In this document: positions 28,261 through 42,199 of the stretch, in pieces
How positions within the stretch are numbered: position 1 is the first letter of the stretch
Layout of the letters: each line of letters begins with the position of its first letter
Assembly: GCA_964016885.1 (NCBI GenBank)
Contig: OZ024743.1
Coordinates: 118,668,001-118,732,000 of the forward strand
Reading direction: 5' to 3'
Source of the DNA: Eledone cirrhosa
Lineage: Eukaryota
Length of the DNA: 64,000 nt
Made by a program: the position numbers and the translations under genes
Notes under the pieces: generated by a model
Database searches by the model: none
Told to the model about the DNA's origin: nothing
Seen by the model: only the letters and a program-made list of their open reading frames with translations

Positions 28261-29864
28261 GTTTAGCTAATCCTGACTAGATTTCATACATTACCTCACA
28301 GTATGCACGAACATATAACAGTAGCGTTCTATAGAAAATAACTAATACCACAAGATAGAATGGAGAGGAATTACTCGAGCCTTGGTAAATCAAGGGAAAA
28401 TTGATAAAAAATGTACCCTCCTTTAGAGGAAATTCCTACTCATTGTTCTGTGACAACTGGATGTTTGAAACGAAGGGAGAAGCAAACCTTAAATACCATA
28501 CATCCCTTACACCCTCAAACTTACACACACACACTCACACACATATGCACACAAACTCAGGCAACTACACGCACATATATACATATATGCGAAAAGTAAA
28601 CTGAAACAACAAATCCAACAATTCATTACAATCAAGAAATATATTAGTTTAACGGTGAAAATATTATGAAAAGAGTCGTTAGGTATGGATACTATTTTTC
28701 ATTAGAAGACAGAGTAAGAAATAAAAAAAATAGAAACAAATATGTAAAGAAGAGGAAGAAACTGACAAAATTTGGAGAGAAGGCACGTGTATGTTCAGTC
28801 AGCCATTTTTGGGAAAATGCTGGTCAGTGGGTTTCTTAGATATGGGAGAGGTTTTGAAAGGGAGATTATCTTTCTATATTTTAAGAGTACAAATGCGTGT
28901 CTATGTGTGTGTCCGTGTTTGTGTTTGTGTGTGTGCATGTGTTTGTTTATTTGCTTGTGCAAATCTGTAAATGGATGTGCGTTAGACCGTAACACAGTTG
29001 GCTGCTGTGAGAATGTGGAGGTGCGTGTTTGCACGCCGGCTTGAGATGATTTTGCGTACACATACAGACGCACACACACACTTAGAAACAGTTGCAAGGG
29101 TCTCTCGAGAAAGGTGACGCACTTGATCATAGTCTCGTCTCATTTCGTGGTATGGTCGTAACAGAAACTAGTTCACTTCGGGTACGACGATATAGTGGTA
29201 CAAACCCAAACGGCTAAGCTACGAAGTGTGTTGTCACTGCGGGCGTTGAGAGGGATAGAGCTGAGAAGGGGTTGCGGAAGGATAGCGCTCCAGCTCTAGC
29301 ACTGCATGCCACACGAAAACAGCTGCGCGCGCAAGAGATACAAGCAAGCATGCACCTCAAGCAAAAGCCATAGAGTGTCGTATTTCGGTGTTGTGATGCC
29401 TAAGTGCGTGTATATAAGTACACATATTGCCGCGAACACACGCAAGCATATATCTCAATGTGTAGAGCGAGTGATGGTGGAAGGATTGGTGCAGGTGGTG
29501 TTATAACGAACGTGGATGCAGATGTATGCGTATCTGATCCGACCGTATGTTTGTGTACGCATGTTTTGTGCATAGAAAGCTAAATATTGTGCGTGGTGGG
29601 ACTGATGGTTCCATAAAGGTGAAAAGGCATGTGTTTCAATAGTCATTGGAGGGTTATATGAGCGCCGAGGTGTATTTGTGTTTCAGGTGGTATATACGGC
29701 TATTGTGAAAGTGAATGCGTGTAGTGGGGTGGGGCTTTGCGTCTTGTCTGTGTATGTGTGCGCGTGTGTGTATGTGGGCGCGCGCGTGTGTGCGTTTGGG
29801 GCGAGGGGGGGAGTTGTCAAGGATAAAGGGAGTTTAAAGAATATATGGGAGGAATCTGAGGCCA

Positions 29865-30435
29865 TTAAGCAAATACAACTAAAGCCATCAATTGCCTTAA
29901 TGAGAGTGTGTCTGGTTTTCTTGATCTTTTTTAGCCTGGCTCTGAAGTTCAGCAACACTAAGTCATGGTCACTCTCTCTATCTGAACCTGGGAATGTTCT
30001 TGTTCTGGTTCTGCTTATTCCTAACCAAAACCAGTTCTCCTCCATAATGTAGTCGATCTGGTGGTATGTACCATTGTGGCAGTGCCAGGTCTATCTCACC
30101 AAGGGTGCTAGAAAGCATTGTGTCCTTGATACTGGTAAATTCAAGCAGGAGTAATCCTCGCTCGTTGGTTACAGCATTACAGAAAGGTCTACAGAACTCC
30201 TGCCAGTCATTCCCTCCATCTTCGGCAACCTTGGCATTCCAGTCTCCATGTACTTCTAGGATAATTATATCTTTCTTATCAATCTTTTCAATGTCCTGCA
30301 ATTTTTTGTAGATTTCCTTCACCTGATCAACCTCATAGTGCGTTGTTGATGCGTAGGCCTGTGTCACTGTAATGTTGAATGCTGTTGCTCGAAGGTCAAT
30401 TGTGATGAACCTGCTGGATACGGGGCGGCAATCGA
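29865..30435 (-). pseudogene. RTE-like LINE apurinic endonuclease fragment
   Basis: QAYAST, GDWNAKV, NERGLLLLEF and RTFPGSDRESDHDLV motifs. Confidence 0.8.
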
Positions 30436-31550
30436 GTAGTAAATTTTATAGAATAGATTAAATATTATTGCATAGGCTTGAAGAAAGATACATCAATAGT
30501 TTCGGGGGGGGGGCGGTTAATCGGAGGAAGAATGTCAGTGCTCAAATTATTTCAAAAGCATATCGTGGTCATCCTATGTGTATGTATGTTTCTGTGTATG
30601 TGTGTTTGTTGGTTGGGGGGGGGGACTGTTTCTTTTACTACAAAGAGCAATGTAATTGTTAAATCGAGTCCACAACACAGTTGAAGCCATTACATTTTTG
30701 CTGCTCTTATACTCAGAAAAGACACGTATCTTACAATATCTTATTTTCCTTCGCATGGAATATATATTTAAAGATCCCTCGTTTTTTTAGCCCTGAAAAC
30801 GCACACAAGCATACATACACACACGCAAAAGCACACACACACATATATACACACACACATACTGACACATACACACACCTACACCTGTGTGTGTCAGGGT
30901 GAGTGTGTGTTTGTGTGTATGCTGTGGAGAGACGGAAAGACAGAAATAATAATTAAAAAAAAAAAAAAACATGGACTTGGTGGATGATGAATTCAGGACC
31001 ATGTGCGTATGTACAATTGCATCCAAATTAAAAGAACTCCTTAAAAAAACAGAGGACAGTGTGGAGATTGTTCAGCTCAGTTGTTTATATTTCTGCTGTT
31101 AAATGATATGGGGGAAAGAGGCTTGGTGAGGCACATATAGTTCAATCAAGTGGGCAAATTAAGAAGAATCCCGCTCAGGATGAAATCAATGGCCACTGTG
31201 TGACATATTTAATCTACTTAATATGTTGAATGCCTGGTATCGGCTGCTCTCTGATAGATTTGTGGCTAATCCTGAAGTCTCAAGACTTCCAGCGTTCAAG
31301 GCCCTCAAAGCACACTCCTGATCACTACTATCAGAGCTAGATTGCCTGTTCCAGGACGTCTCCCTCGTTGACCTCCGGGAAAATGTCTTCTCCATCCTGT
31401 TTGCTGGACCATTAGGCAGACGAAAAAATAGAATTACATCCCTTAAGAACTAGCATTTTACTGTGTGCCTTATTTAACTGTCACCTCTCTCCGTTCTGCA
31501 TAGGAAATCCTTTGTTATTCTTATGTATATATACATTTATATATATATAC

Positions 31551-31684
<134 letters not shown>

Positions 31685-32203
31685 GTGTGTGTGTGTGCGT
31701 GGGTGAGTGTATGTATGTGTGTGTGTGTGTGTTCGTTTGTTTGTCTTTGTACCCAATATGTATGCCTCTAGGAAGTTAATTCACTTTTGAGTACTTCACG
31801 ATATATTTTTCCAAAAGGAGATAGATTCTTCTGGGTGGATATAAAAAGTCTGTCTTTCGGTACATCATTCCATTCCGGGTAGTTAACTATTAAACCATGC
31901 GTGACTGATAACATTATACTACTAGCCACAGATTCTGTTCATTTTACACTGCATGATGAGTGATAGAATTCTCGAAACATAACGTTCAGTAGTGAAGAAC
32001 GACTACAAGGTAAGGTCATGCATATTTCCTTTTTATAGGGTATTAGAATTTGATTAATCCCGTTTACTCATACAATTTCTATACTTAATGTCATAACGCC
32101 GAATATTCCGTATTATATACGCATAATTATTGAGTTCATTTCACAAAAAGTGCTTCAGGACAACTCATTTTAATGTACGATGAATAGTTTGTCGGCGACT
32201 TCT

Positions 32204-32263
<60 letters not shown>

Positions 32264-32929
32264 ATGTAACTGAAACGGCCTCATCTTGTATAAATATATA
32301 CACATGTCTAATATTTAGGTATGTAAACATGCCAGATTATACGAATTTCCCTGTAAATTGTAAAAAATGATAAACATATTTAATCTGATTGAACACTCAT
32401 CAGAAGACGTGTATATCATCCAATCAACAAAGAAATATGTATTTGATCGGCATATATACCCTTTCCCTTTTAGTATTATTCTGATTGGACGTAGTAATTT
32501 GCATACTTTTAGGAGTCATGTTGGTAATTAATTAAGATATACAGTAAGAAGTACGCTGTATATATTTACATATCTAATATGTAGACATGTGAACATTCCC
32601 AAAAGATACGAATAAACCAGAAAATCGAATGATTGCTATGCATCTTTAATCCATTTTCAGATCTAATATATGTTTTCTGCTGAGCGTCAAGTTAGATCCG
32701 AAAATCGATTAAAGATATTTAACATTTTCTTTTTCCTTTCTTTTTTTTTTTTTGCAATTTACAAGGAAATTCATATCTTCTGGCATGTTTACATATATTA
32801 GATATGTATGTATATTTAAATACGTTGGTGTAGTCGCGGTTAAACACTGTATTTATACAGATACAACTTTCTTTATCATACACTTCGGCTGCTAGCCCAC
32901 TTCTTACTATATATATATATATATATATA

Positions 32930-33327
32930 TTAGGATTGGTGCTCTGAAATAGCGATGTATACATGAATGTATGCATAGTATATGCAATATACCGTATGTT
33001 TAATTAAAAACATTTTGAAGACCTTACGCTATCATTTTAAAAGTAGTTATTATGTCACTTACTTCTTTTCGGCGAAAGAAGACCGACTAACATGGTGTTT
33101 GGCAATCATCAGAGCTACGTACTGCCCTCTTCCGCCGAAAATTATAGAAGCTGGATTCTTATAGAATTCCAGTTATAATCAGGAGCTGATTATACAGAAC
33201 GATTGCCGGTCCAGCCGAAAAGAAATAAGTGACATAGTCACTACTTTAAAAATGATAGCGTAATGTCTTCAAAATGTTTTTACTTAAACATACGGTATAT
33301 TGCCAGATATACTATGCATACATTCAT
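32930..33327 (-). mobile_element. Family B element, inverted form
   Basis: 32930-33212 is homologous to 1062-1366. 33214-33327 is the reverse complement of ~32963-33073. HHR core CTGATGA (minus) at 33106-33112, with its 3' half disrupted. Confidence 0.75.
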
Positions 33328-33351
33328 ATATATATATATATATATATATAT

Positions 33352-33388
<37 letters not shown>

Positions 33389-34342
33389 ATATATATGTAT
33401 GTATGTGCATGTGTATGTGCTTGGCCTTTCCCTTTTAATTCGTTTAAGGACTTTTCTTTGATAATTCAATAGTAAGATTCCCAAATCAATTTTTTAGAAT
33501 TAGTTACACCATCTCTAGTATCACTTCTCTTTCATAATCTTTTACTGTGGCAGCTAAAACAATTCCTGCTTGATTTTATTTGGATAACAGTAATCTTTGT
33601 CTCTCAGTTTTCACAAAAGATGCAACATCAAACGTAGTTATTTAAATAAAAAAAAAGATTATGCATAAATTATAATTGTAAACTAACATCTAAATCCTAG
33701 AATCAGTGCCCAAGTGTTTATGGGGTTGTGTAAAATCAGAACACTGAAAATATAAAAAAAACATATACATGTTTTCATAAAAACAAAATTGGAACGAAAA
33801 ATAATAACTAACAAGGCTTATAGCATGTCTTTAGAATATTTAATATCATCTTCGAGAAATAAGAGATTTCTAGTATTTTCTTTAGAGTCTAAAGCGTGTA
33901 GCGATCAACAAGCATGTCAACATCTGCTGATATCATTAAGAGAATCTCAAATCTTGCTTCTTTCTTAGTGTACGAATGTTTCCACTTTCTTTCTGTCACT
34001 TGATAAACCTCAACCGTCTTGCTATAACATTTTCAAAAATATGCCTTACAAATGTGATTCTATCCGTTTTTTTATGATACAAAGTCATATAAAACGTTGC
34101 TCATAGTAATTTGATGTCGGAAATGAAATACATAACCACATTTATTGCTTTGTTTTAATTTATATATAAAATAGCATGTATGACATTGGGGAAAATACAT
34201 CCTATTGTCGCCTGAAATATAGTACATAGCGAAAGCTCGTACATAGTATTTACACACAGACTGAACTATTAGCTTCGAAAAAATGAAATGTACCCCCCCC
34301 CCCGACACCATACACACACTCAACCCGCTCTCACACATACTT

Positions 34343-34377
<35 letters not shown>

Positions 34378-34385
<8 letters not shown>

Positions 34386-34643
34386 AAAAAAATCAGTGAT
34401 GCATCTGGACCCCTGTGTGAAAATTTGCTCCGAACGAACTGCCCGTGTCCGAAGGAACCTGCAGCCGTAAAATCACCCAGATCCATACAGTGATCATGTC
34501 TCGAGCTACCTGCCGGCGAAACAATTGTAACACGCAATAAACTGAGTCCAGATGCATCACTGATTTTTCGTTTTAAATACTATCCACACTCTGCTCTGTA
34601 TGAATATTGAGTGCTAATTTTGTCATACCATAGCTACCATTAT
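34378..34643 (+). mobile_element. Short element with inverted 5' arm and decayed HHR (family G)
   Basis: 34378-34410 is inverted relative to 34546-34578. GAAAC-AATT-GTA at 34518 followed by AATAAA. ~65-nt tail. Confidence 0.55.
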
Positions 34644-34713
34644 ACACACGTGTATATATATATATATTATGGAATACTGTTGGCTTTTTGCTACAATATT
34701 TTCTACACTTTTC

Positions 34714-34765
<52 letters not shown>

Positions 34766-34796
34766 AGAGAGAGAGAGAGTGTGTGTGTGTGTGTGT

Positions 34797-34842
<46 letters not shown>

Positions 34843-35544
34843 GGAGTTAACAGAACAGGGATGTTCGGATCACACCATGGCCTGTCGTCTGTGAAGCAGA
34901 TAAAAAGAGGCGCTCAACGACCTGTATACATGGTCGCATTAATAAAAGACCAGAGGCCATATTCAGTTAATTCAGGTTTATTTAAAACTTCGTTATACAT
35001 ATTTCACTGGGGACTATCAATTGTGATAGCCTTACCTCTTCAGACAGCAAAACCTATAATAAACTGAGAAAGTTCCTAAGAAACTTTTAAATTTGGAAAA
35101 ATCTAATAATTTCCCCGAAAAAAGATTTTCTTTTCATGACGCGTGGTGTTGTTTCTTCGACGGTCGGCCCCCGTATGACCCCAAGAGTGCTGATCATTTT
35201 AGGAAGTAACGAAAACGCTTGGTAGCCCTTCTCCCTCCTCCCTCTATCATTAACCGTTGTAGTAGTAGTCTCAGCGGCTGCTATAATGGTAGTGAAAACA
35301 AACCCCTCCTAGCCACATGTTATCCACAGGTCTGCAACAACTGTGAATATTATAACCGATACTAAAATTAACTATATAAGAAATAGATTAAAATACAATA
35401 AATATACTAATTAACTAATTAAGAACAAGAGGAAAGGTTATATTAAATGGGATATATAAGAGGTGATCATAATTACAACGAAAAATGTTTTATAAATATG
35501 GATGAGTACATTGATTCTCACTATTGTCTCCGAGTACATTTAAA

Positions 35545-36590
35545 TCAGGCCAGGTAAACTGCTTCTGCTAGCGGGCTAAACTTTCTGGGGAATTTGATGC
35601 TTGGGGAGGTAATGGGCACCGCAAAGCCTTCTAAGACCCGCTGAAATGCCATAATAAACAAACTGTCGTTAAGAGAGAGGCAGAAGAAATCCCGACAGAG
35701 AACAGGCATCATCCAGGAGTAAATAAGCAGATATATAACATCAGACTGCTCACTGAGAAACACCTGCAGCAATAACCTGACTTCTATAAGTTCATCAACA
35801 TTAAAAAAGCTTTTGACCCTGTTTAGCATGAGGGTTTGTAGGAGTAATGAAGTATTACAACCTTGACGCCAATCTCATTCAAATAAAGCTTTGTATGACA
35901 ACTCAAACAGTGCAAAATAGTGAAGGTGTGAATAATAACATCGGAGAATACTTCAGGAAATCAGTGGGAGTTCAACAAGGAAGTCTCCTTTCTCCCGTGC
36001 TTTTCAACGTCTTCTAGGAAAACATCATGCAAGAGACTCTCCAAGAATTTCACACCTTTGTTTCTATTGGAGAATGACCTATTTCAGCCTGTAATTTGCT
36101 GATGATATTTACCTGTTAGGAAAGAAGTGAAGCAGAACTCAAGGAGCTCACCACCACAGAGGAAAAAAGTATCAGGAGAATACGGAATTGAGATCAGCCC
36201 CCAAAAGAACAAGATTCTGATTAATAGTCATAATAAGAACATCATGCTGAACGGAGGAAGACTTGACGAAGTGGACACCTTCAAGTTCCTAGGATACCCT
36301 CTGATCAAAGACGGCAGATCTGAAGAGGAGATACTGACACGACTCGACCTGGCCATTTCTGCTATGGTAAAGTCCATCAGTTTTCCAATGAAGCTCAAAT
36401 TATACAAATACTTGGTAACCTCGATCCTATTGTATAGGTCTGAGAGTTGAACTCACACAGATAGCATGGAGCGAATAATCCAGGCCTTCGAGCATAAGTA
36501 CTATGGAAGATTGCTACACATCCTCTAACATGGAACACAAAGCATACAGCTTTGTTAGGTAGCAAGTAACAAATATACTGGTAAACAGTA
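35545..36590 (+). pseudogene. Degenerate RTE-like LINE RT
   Basis: FINIKKAFD, GVQQGSLLSPVLFN, FADDI, LDEVDTFKFLG and KLKLYKYLVTSILLY. Confidence 0.8.
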
Positions 36591-39500
36591 TCTAAGGCAA
36601 ATGTAATCTGTGAATACTTTGCTGGTGAATTTGACGGTTAGAATTGCACATCATCAGAACGTATATTAATTACGTATATTAATTACGTGTGTATGTTGTA
36701 TACGTGTTATTTCTACATTTTGGTGTATTTTATAACTAATCGTCTATTCTTGAAGAGAATTCTTTATAGCATTGCTGTAATACTCACTAATATTTCCATA
36801 GATTTATTTAGTGGTATGGATTACTAGTGGTATGGTCTGCTGCAATTAATTGTGGTATATGTGTATGGTAAACCGGTGGTGAAGTGTATCTGTATGGCCA
36901 ATGTAAAATTTGTAGTCATGAAGTGAACAATCTTTACTTTTATAAAGTGCATATATATATACATCACCATGGTCATATTTAGCATGCAGCCACACAGTAC
37001 GACATATTCACACAAGCACAATATACAAATGAAGCACTCGACACAATAGAAAGCTAAACAGGAAAACATCATTGGATAAAACAACCATACTATATAGAAA
37101 TCCAAAACAAAATATACAATAAATTGTGGAAAGAGTGACATATTAATTAAACGGTCAGATATGTGTGTTTGTATGTGGACATGTGTTTGAGTAAGTATGC
37201 TTGTGTATGTTTGTGTATGTGTTTATTTTATGAATAAAAGATGAATAACGTAAATACTAAAATTCAAAAAATGTTTACCATAAGTTTGGGCATATAAAAA
37301 TATTATAGCCGTGGACATATTAGTTTATGGGAGTGATCAAGAACCGAACAGTTGAATCTACAGTTACTTTTAATAAATATCAAACCAATTTAGTTAACCG
37401 AAATGTTATTAGATGAAAGCAATATTTTCATTTATTGTTGATCTCCTACTGTGAAATACATATAACAACTGAATTTTAAATTTGCTATAAAATTTCGCAA
37501 ATAACCCACACGATGATTTTATCCTTTGTTTTCTTTTATACAATAAAAACTAACAGAATCTTATCGCTACAGTTATTGTCTTTTGTGGGTTTGGGTTCTT
37601 GTTATTATGTATGATTACATTCTATAAAATGACGGTTAGGGTATTTAAAGGGGATTGACTTTAGTGTATCATGTTTGAAGGAAAAACGACAGTCAACATC
37701 TCGATTGTAGAGATAACCAGATGCAATCATACAGACTTTCACTAGGATTAACTCTGTAATTTTGAAGACGTTGCCAGACACTTCTCCTTTTGATGCGCTT
37801 TTGGAACACCAACAAATATGTTAAGCTATACGATATCTGTTAAGCTCTAATTTTTGTGCGTGCGGATGAGAACCGAGCAGTGATAGTATGGGAATATTTG
37901 TGAGTAACATTCAGACAAGGAAATTCATTTTCAAAACCAACGACGTTCACTCGAAGAGTCATCCCACTAGTTACTACAACGAATATTCTTTTAAGTCACA
38001 TCAAATAAAAGAATGGAGTGTTATACGTCTGTTCCGACAGAGCTAGCATACGGTTAAACAATAAGAAAACTCAGAATTACAACTGCGAAACAACAATAGG
38101 CGGAGATAATTTTAATATTACAATACTGATATAATTTCAACCCGCAAAATTGTGATGTTCCAATTTAGCCTTTACCGAGATGGATGAAAAAGAAACACAA
38201 AGCACAAAAGAACAAATAAAACAATTTAATTTATTATTTTTCATGAAGGATTTATTCCATTTTGTCGCATTATGTTTAACAATGGAAACTTGGAATTTAC
38301 TCAATGTTGAGTGGAGGAACATCACTGCACATAGCATTTCGATTGTGCAGAAAATCTGGACTCCTGTAAGTAACTCAAGTGTGGAAATAAACATATTACA
38401 CTTACTGCCCAATTAGAAGACATTACATTTGAAAATATAATTGAGTGAACAAAATAAGTCTTATATATGTCTATGAGCCCAAACATTATGCAAGTATATT
38501 AAAGATTCTACAGACTGGAGAAACGCATCCTAATAGTTAAAAACCACATATCCATAAATATCCTGAATGCCGAAGGAATGTACCGTCTGCCAGCTGTCAT
38601 TCTCCGGCACATTCTGAAAATGTACTCGGAGCATGCTTGCGTTTCACACTCATTTTTCAAAACATTTACAAGAAAGTTGTACCCCTCTCTTAATACGCCC
38701 TTTTTTCTCCCAGTGAAACCTAAAGTCGACGATAAGGGTTTCGGCGTTCAGTCGCGTCCGTCACAAGACTATTTGCACTATAGCCACGAGACAGAAAAGC
38801 AAACTTACACTATCCGGACGAGGAAGACAGTAGATATAATTATATACAATGATCAGTTCTACAGAGGCTGTCTGCAAAAACTTCAAAAGTCAGCAATAAT
38901 CAAAGCCCGAACAAGTGCATGTAGAGCAATTCCGTCACTCTGGCCCGGCTGACAACAATTCTATGGCTGTAGCTGTTATTTATAACCGACAATACTCTTA
39001 GAAACACTACTAGATACACAAGAGATTTTGGGACTTATCTATATTCTCCCGATCAAAAGTCCATTCAAACAAAGCAGCCAATCGATTCTCGTTTGGCGTA
39101 CAAAAGTACCCTTTCTCACCACTAGTTGTCTATATAGAGAAATATAGTATCCGACTGACAGAGGACTATGGGCTATGTGTTCCCTTCATTTAGGTTTCAT
39201 TTAAATTTAGCTATATTCCTCTGCTGTCAGAAAACCGGTTAACGTCTTACTGGCACAAAATCCAGTCAAATTTAAACCACTTTTCAGCTATACAGTTTTC
39301 ACGTTAAGAATCATTCTTTACCCTAAAAATTAGCAATTGAAAGACCCAGAGTTTGAACTGATTCACTTGGTAGTATGTTTTGTGAATCACTAACAGTAAA
39401 CTCTCTGAAAATAAGTTTGCTGGCGTTAGCGTAAACAAAGCCGAAGACAAAAATCACTGACATGTCAAATAGCTACCGGAGAATTGCATGTCAATATCTA

Positions 39501-39959
39501 ATATATAAATTGCACAATATTTGTCTGTAGCTGGTAAGTCAACAATATCATTACATATTAATAAGCAGTTGGTAAGAAAATAGTTTGTGTATGTTTGAAC
39601 AAATTCTAATCAACAAAGCTGCGTTGTCACAGATACGATATAGGTCTGATTACAGACAAGCTAATTGTCTTGCTAAAATTCCCATATAAATAATTGAAGC
39701 CGTAGACAACATGGGATGCACCAGACAAGTTCATTATATATAAATATCGTTGTCGGCCAATACCATATATGGTATGTAATGTTTATACTAGTTGTGAGCA
39801 AAGTGTATTTGTATATACAAAATCTAGAGATTGTGTGATTGACCGAAATAAAAAAAAAATGAAATATGAAACTGGGCTGGAACGTAATGTTTTCGTGGGT
39901 TACGACAAATGTGTGTTAAATATATGAAACCGAGATTTAATCTAATTTCAATCAGAAAA

Positions 39960-40010
<51 letters not shown>

Positions 40011-40218
40011 GGTAAATGTGTGAAATCCTTGGTACAGTTAGGTATATTTGCAAAAGGAGAAGAATGACTTCACTTGTAGTTCTAAACAACTTAATTTTAT
40101 AATTTTACAATTCTGTTTTGTAGATCTACAAAGCAAAACTGTAAAATTATAATATTATAAAATTACAATGTTTAGAACTACAAGCGAAGTCATTCTTTTC
40201 CTTTTTTCAAAATACCTA
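40011..40218. repeat. Imperfect ~180-bp palindrome with a 28-nt one-sided tail, in (TA)n
   Basis: Arms 40039-40124 and 40125-40218 are centred on TGTAGATCTACA. 40011-40038 is unpaired. Confidence 0.8.
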
Positions 40219-40230
40219 TATATATATATA

Positions 40231-41098
40231 CGAGGTGTGTCAGAAAAGTTCCAGGACTGATGTCATAAAATATTTATTTCAAACCCAAACTTCACACTAA
40301 GAGTTTTCTCCTTCAAAGTAATCCCCTGGTGTATGTAACTAATCTTAGCTCTCTGCAGCGATCAAACTTTTTTCTTCATAATTTTATATACATGTCCTCT
40401 CTTTCAGGTCGTCATGCAATGAACACAGAGCAACGAACAAACTTGGGTTGGGGAAAACTACGCTGCAGCAAGTGTATGGAGATAAGACGCTGTCACGCTC
40501 ACGTGTTTTTGAGTGGTGCAAGAGGTTTAAAGAAGGACGCGAGGACGTGGAAGATGGCCTCAGGAGCGGAAGGCCCTCAACAACCGGGACTGAGGTCAAC
40601 GTTGGGTGTATCAGGCAGATGGTGCGTAGCGATCGTCGGCTGACTGTTCGACTGATGGCAAATGAGCTGGGCATGAAACGGGACAGCGTCTGGAAGATTC
40701 TCACTGAAGATTTGGACATGCGGAAAGTCTGCGCGAAGATGGTGCTGAAACTGGTGAACGATGACCAGAAGGGTCGACGTATGCAAATGTGCCAGGACAT
40801 CCTCGAGCGTTTTGAAACCGAACCAGACTTGCTAGGGACAGTCATCACCAGTGATGAGTCATGGATCTTCGAGTACGACCCGCAGCGGACCCGTTTTGAA
40901 GACGTGGACGACATCAAAAAGGCCGTGACGACGGAAATGCGGAGGATCCCGGAAGAATCCTTCCAGGAGTGCATGCAAGAGTGGCAGAAAAGGATGGAAA
41001 AGTGCATTAGACTTCAGGGGGATTACTTTGAAGGAGAAAACTCTTAGTGTGAAGTTTGGGTTTGAAATAAATATTTTGTCACAAAATATTTATTTCAA
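40231..41098 (+). mobile_element. Mariner transposon, internally deleted
   Basis: TA|CGAGGTGTGTCAGAAAAGT left end. ORF 40448..41047 has LSRSRVFEWCKRFKEGREDVED...RSGRP, ITSDESWIFEYDP and KCIRLQGDYFE. The HDNA and YSPDL..D segments are missing. Confidence 0.9.
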
Positions 41099-42199
41099 AG
41101 GAGTGTCATAGTGACATGCGGTGTTTTTGCGCATTTTAAAAGGAGTCGAGCATATCACCAGCTTAGGTCTGAACACAGCGGATGAGAGAGAGATGCAGAT
41201 AGAAAAGTAACAAGAAAGAGATAAAGAAATACAATCGACTCCAATACGACATTGTTACCTATTTTCAACCTATATATATATGTGTGTGCATGCGCGCGTG
41301 TGTGGGCATGCGCGCGTGTGTGTGCGTGTGTATCATAGTAAATTATTACATGCAATGTTGCTCTTTCTCTTCTTTAGCACTAGGTTAATATTTTTAGAAC
41401 ATCGACGACATAATGTGTTTCATTCGTGATCATCACAATTAAAAAATATTTACATCTTAGATTAAACCTTCCAAATTTAAAGGAGTGGAAACTGTTTTGA
41501 TGGCGATTTTGTCTGCTGTTCTAACAAAGTCAAGCCAACGCGTTTGTTCTCCCACGTCGATTCATTAAAGTAATGTAAGTGAGAATGGGAAAAATATTTT
41601 ATTAAAATCAAAACACAAAATTTAATGCATGAAGTTATGGATTTACTAAATTGTTTTTCTGGCGACTACATACTTTTTTCTTCTGCAATAAAATAAACTT
41701 CATTAATTAAATAACTATAAGTATGAATGGTTTTAGATTTCCGAAAATTAATGTGTACAATTATGATATATCATTTGGTATAACGTTAATTTTCGAAACT
41801 TCGCAACAAAATATTAATTTTGTGAGTCATGTCATTTTTGCGATAGTTTAATTCTAAGGAAATGAATAAAACTAGACAAATAAAATAAATGAATACCACC
41901 CAGGAAAAATTCGTAAATTTTTTCAATTAAATATATTATCATATTTTGTAACACTATCAGTTTCAATATTTTGTGTCAAAAATAATATTTTACGGTAGGA
42001 GGTCTATCTTCAGATGGTGATACATAACTATTTTCACTAAAACACGCAAATGCTGCGTACATACATTTATACATACATATCAACGCGTATCGTTGCTAAT
42101 AGTTTCAAGTGTTATGTGAAAAAGAATGAATCAATCTTTGGGAGATAATAGATCATGAACGGATTAGGAACGATGTTTTATTTCACATAGCAAATAACA

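Noticed and set aside
31186-31395. 69-aa ORF with ordinary composition, a possible host exon
   Set aside because: No recognisable domain or clear splice signals. Another frame resembles a decayed LINE segment.
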